Translations under genes and position numbers: made by a program
Part shown: positions 63,919-64,000 of the stretch, piece after piece
Layout: each line of letters opens with the position of its first letter
How positions within the stretch are numbered: position 1 is the first letter of the stretch
Source of the DNA: Octopus sinensis
Lineage: Eukaryota
Reading direction: 5' to 3'
Assembly (NCBI RefSeq): GCF_006345805.1
Contig: NC_043009.1
Span: forward strand, 63,240,001-63,304,000
Length of the DNA: 64,000 nt
The notes under the pieces: model-generated
Database searches by the model: none
What the model saw: only the letters and a program-made list of their open reading frames with translations
What the model was told of the DNA's origin: nothing

Positions 63919-64000
63919 AGACTTCAACCAAGTGAGGAGCGCACTCATCAAAGATCTGTGATGCTGCAGCAGAATCACCCCTGTTCTCTGTTCCTGTACA

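Overview
Eukaryotic, AT-rich, repeat-saturated DNA with no confidently identifiable host gene, so it is intergenic or deep intronic. The tRNA-derived SINE families and the extreme microsatellite load look like an octopod cephalopod (Octopus sp.); this is pattern recognition, not a database result. Almost all listed ORFs are microsatellite or antisense-repeat artefacts. Real coding remnants all belong to decayed mobile elements: an RTE LINE (about 42960-44900, YADD), an L1/Tx1 RT fragment, a CR1/L2-type 3' end, four R4/Dong-type REL-endonuclease 3' ends stacked in (TAA)n tracts, two Penelope-type GIY-YIG fragments and four Tc1/mariner relics. At least five SINE families (more than 40 copies or fragments) are present, many with clear TSDs, and there is a 100-N gap at 15209-15308. 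The best signals are these. (1) A dispersed set of type I hammerhead ribozyme motifs: two with an essentially complete core at 19235-19323 and 57660-57749, four copies of a minimal-hammerhead repeat, and several decayed ones, mostly in short cassettes bounded by microsatellites. (2) Precise head-to-tail SINE dimers/trimers sharing one junction, one trimer flanked by a single TSD. (3) A nest of (TAA)n-targeted retrotransposon tails. (4) A 51-bp minisatellite born from a SINE tail, a cryptic 29-bp satellite and an array of five GAGG-N7/8-CCTC elements.
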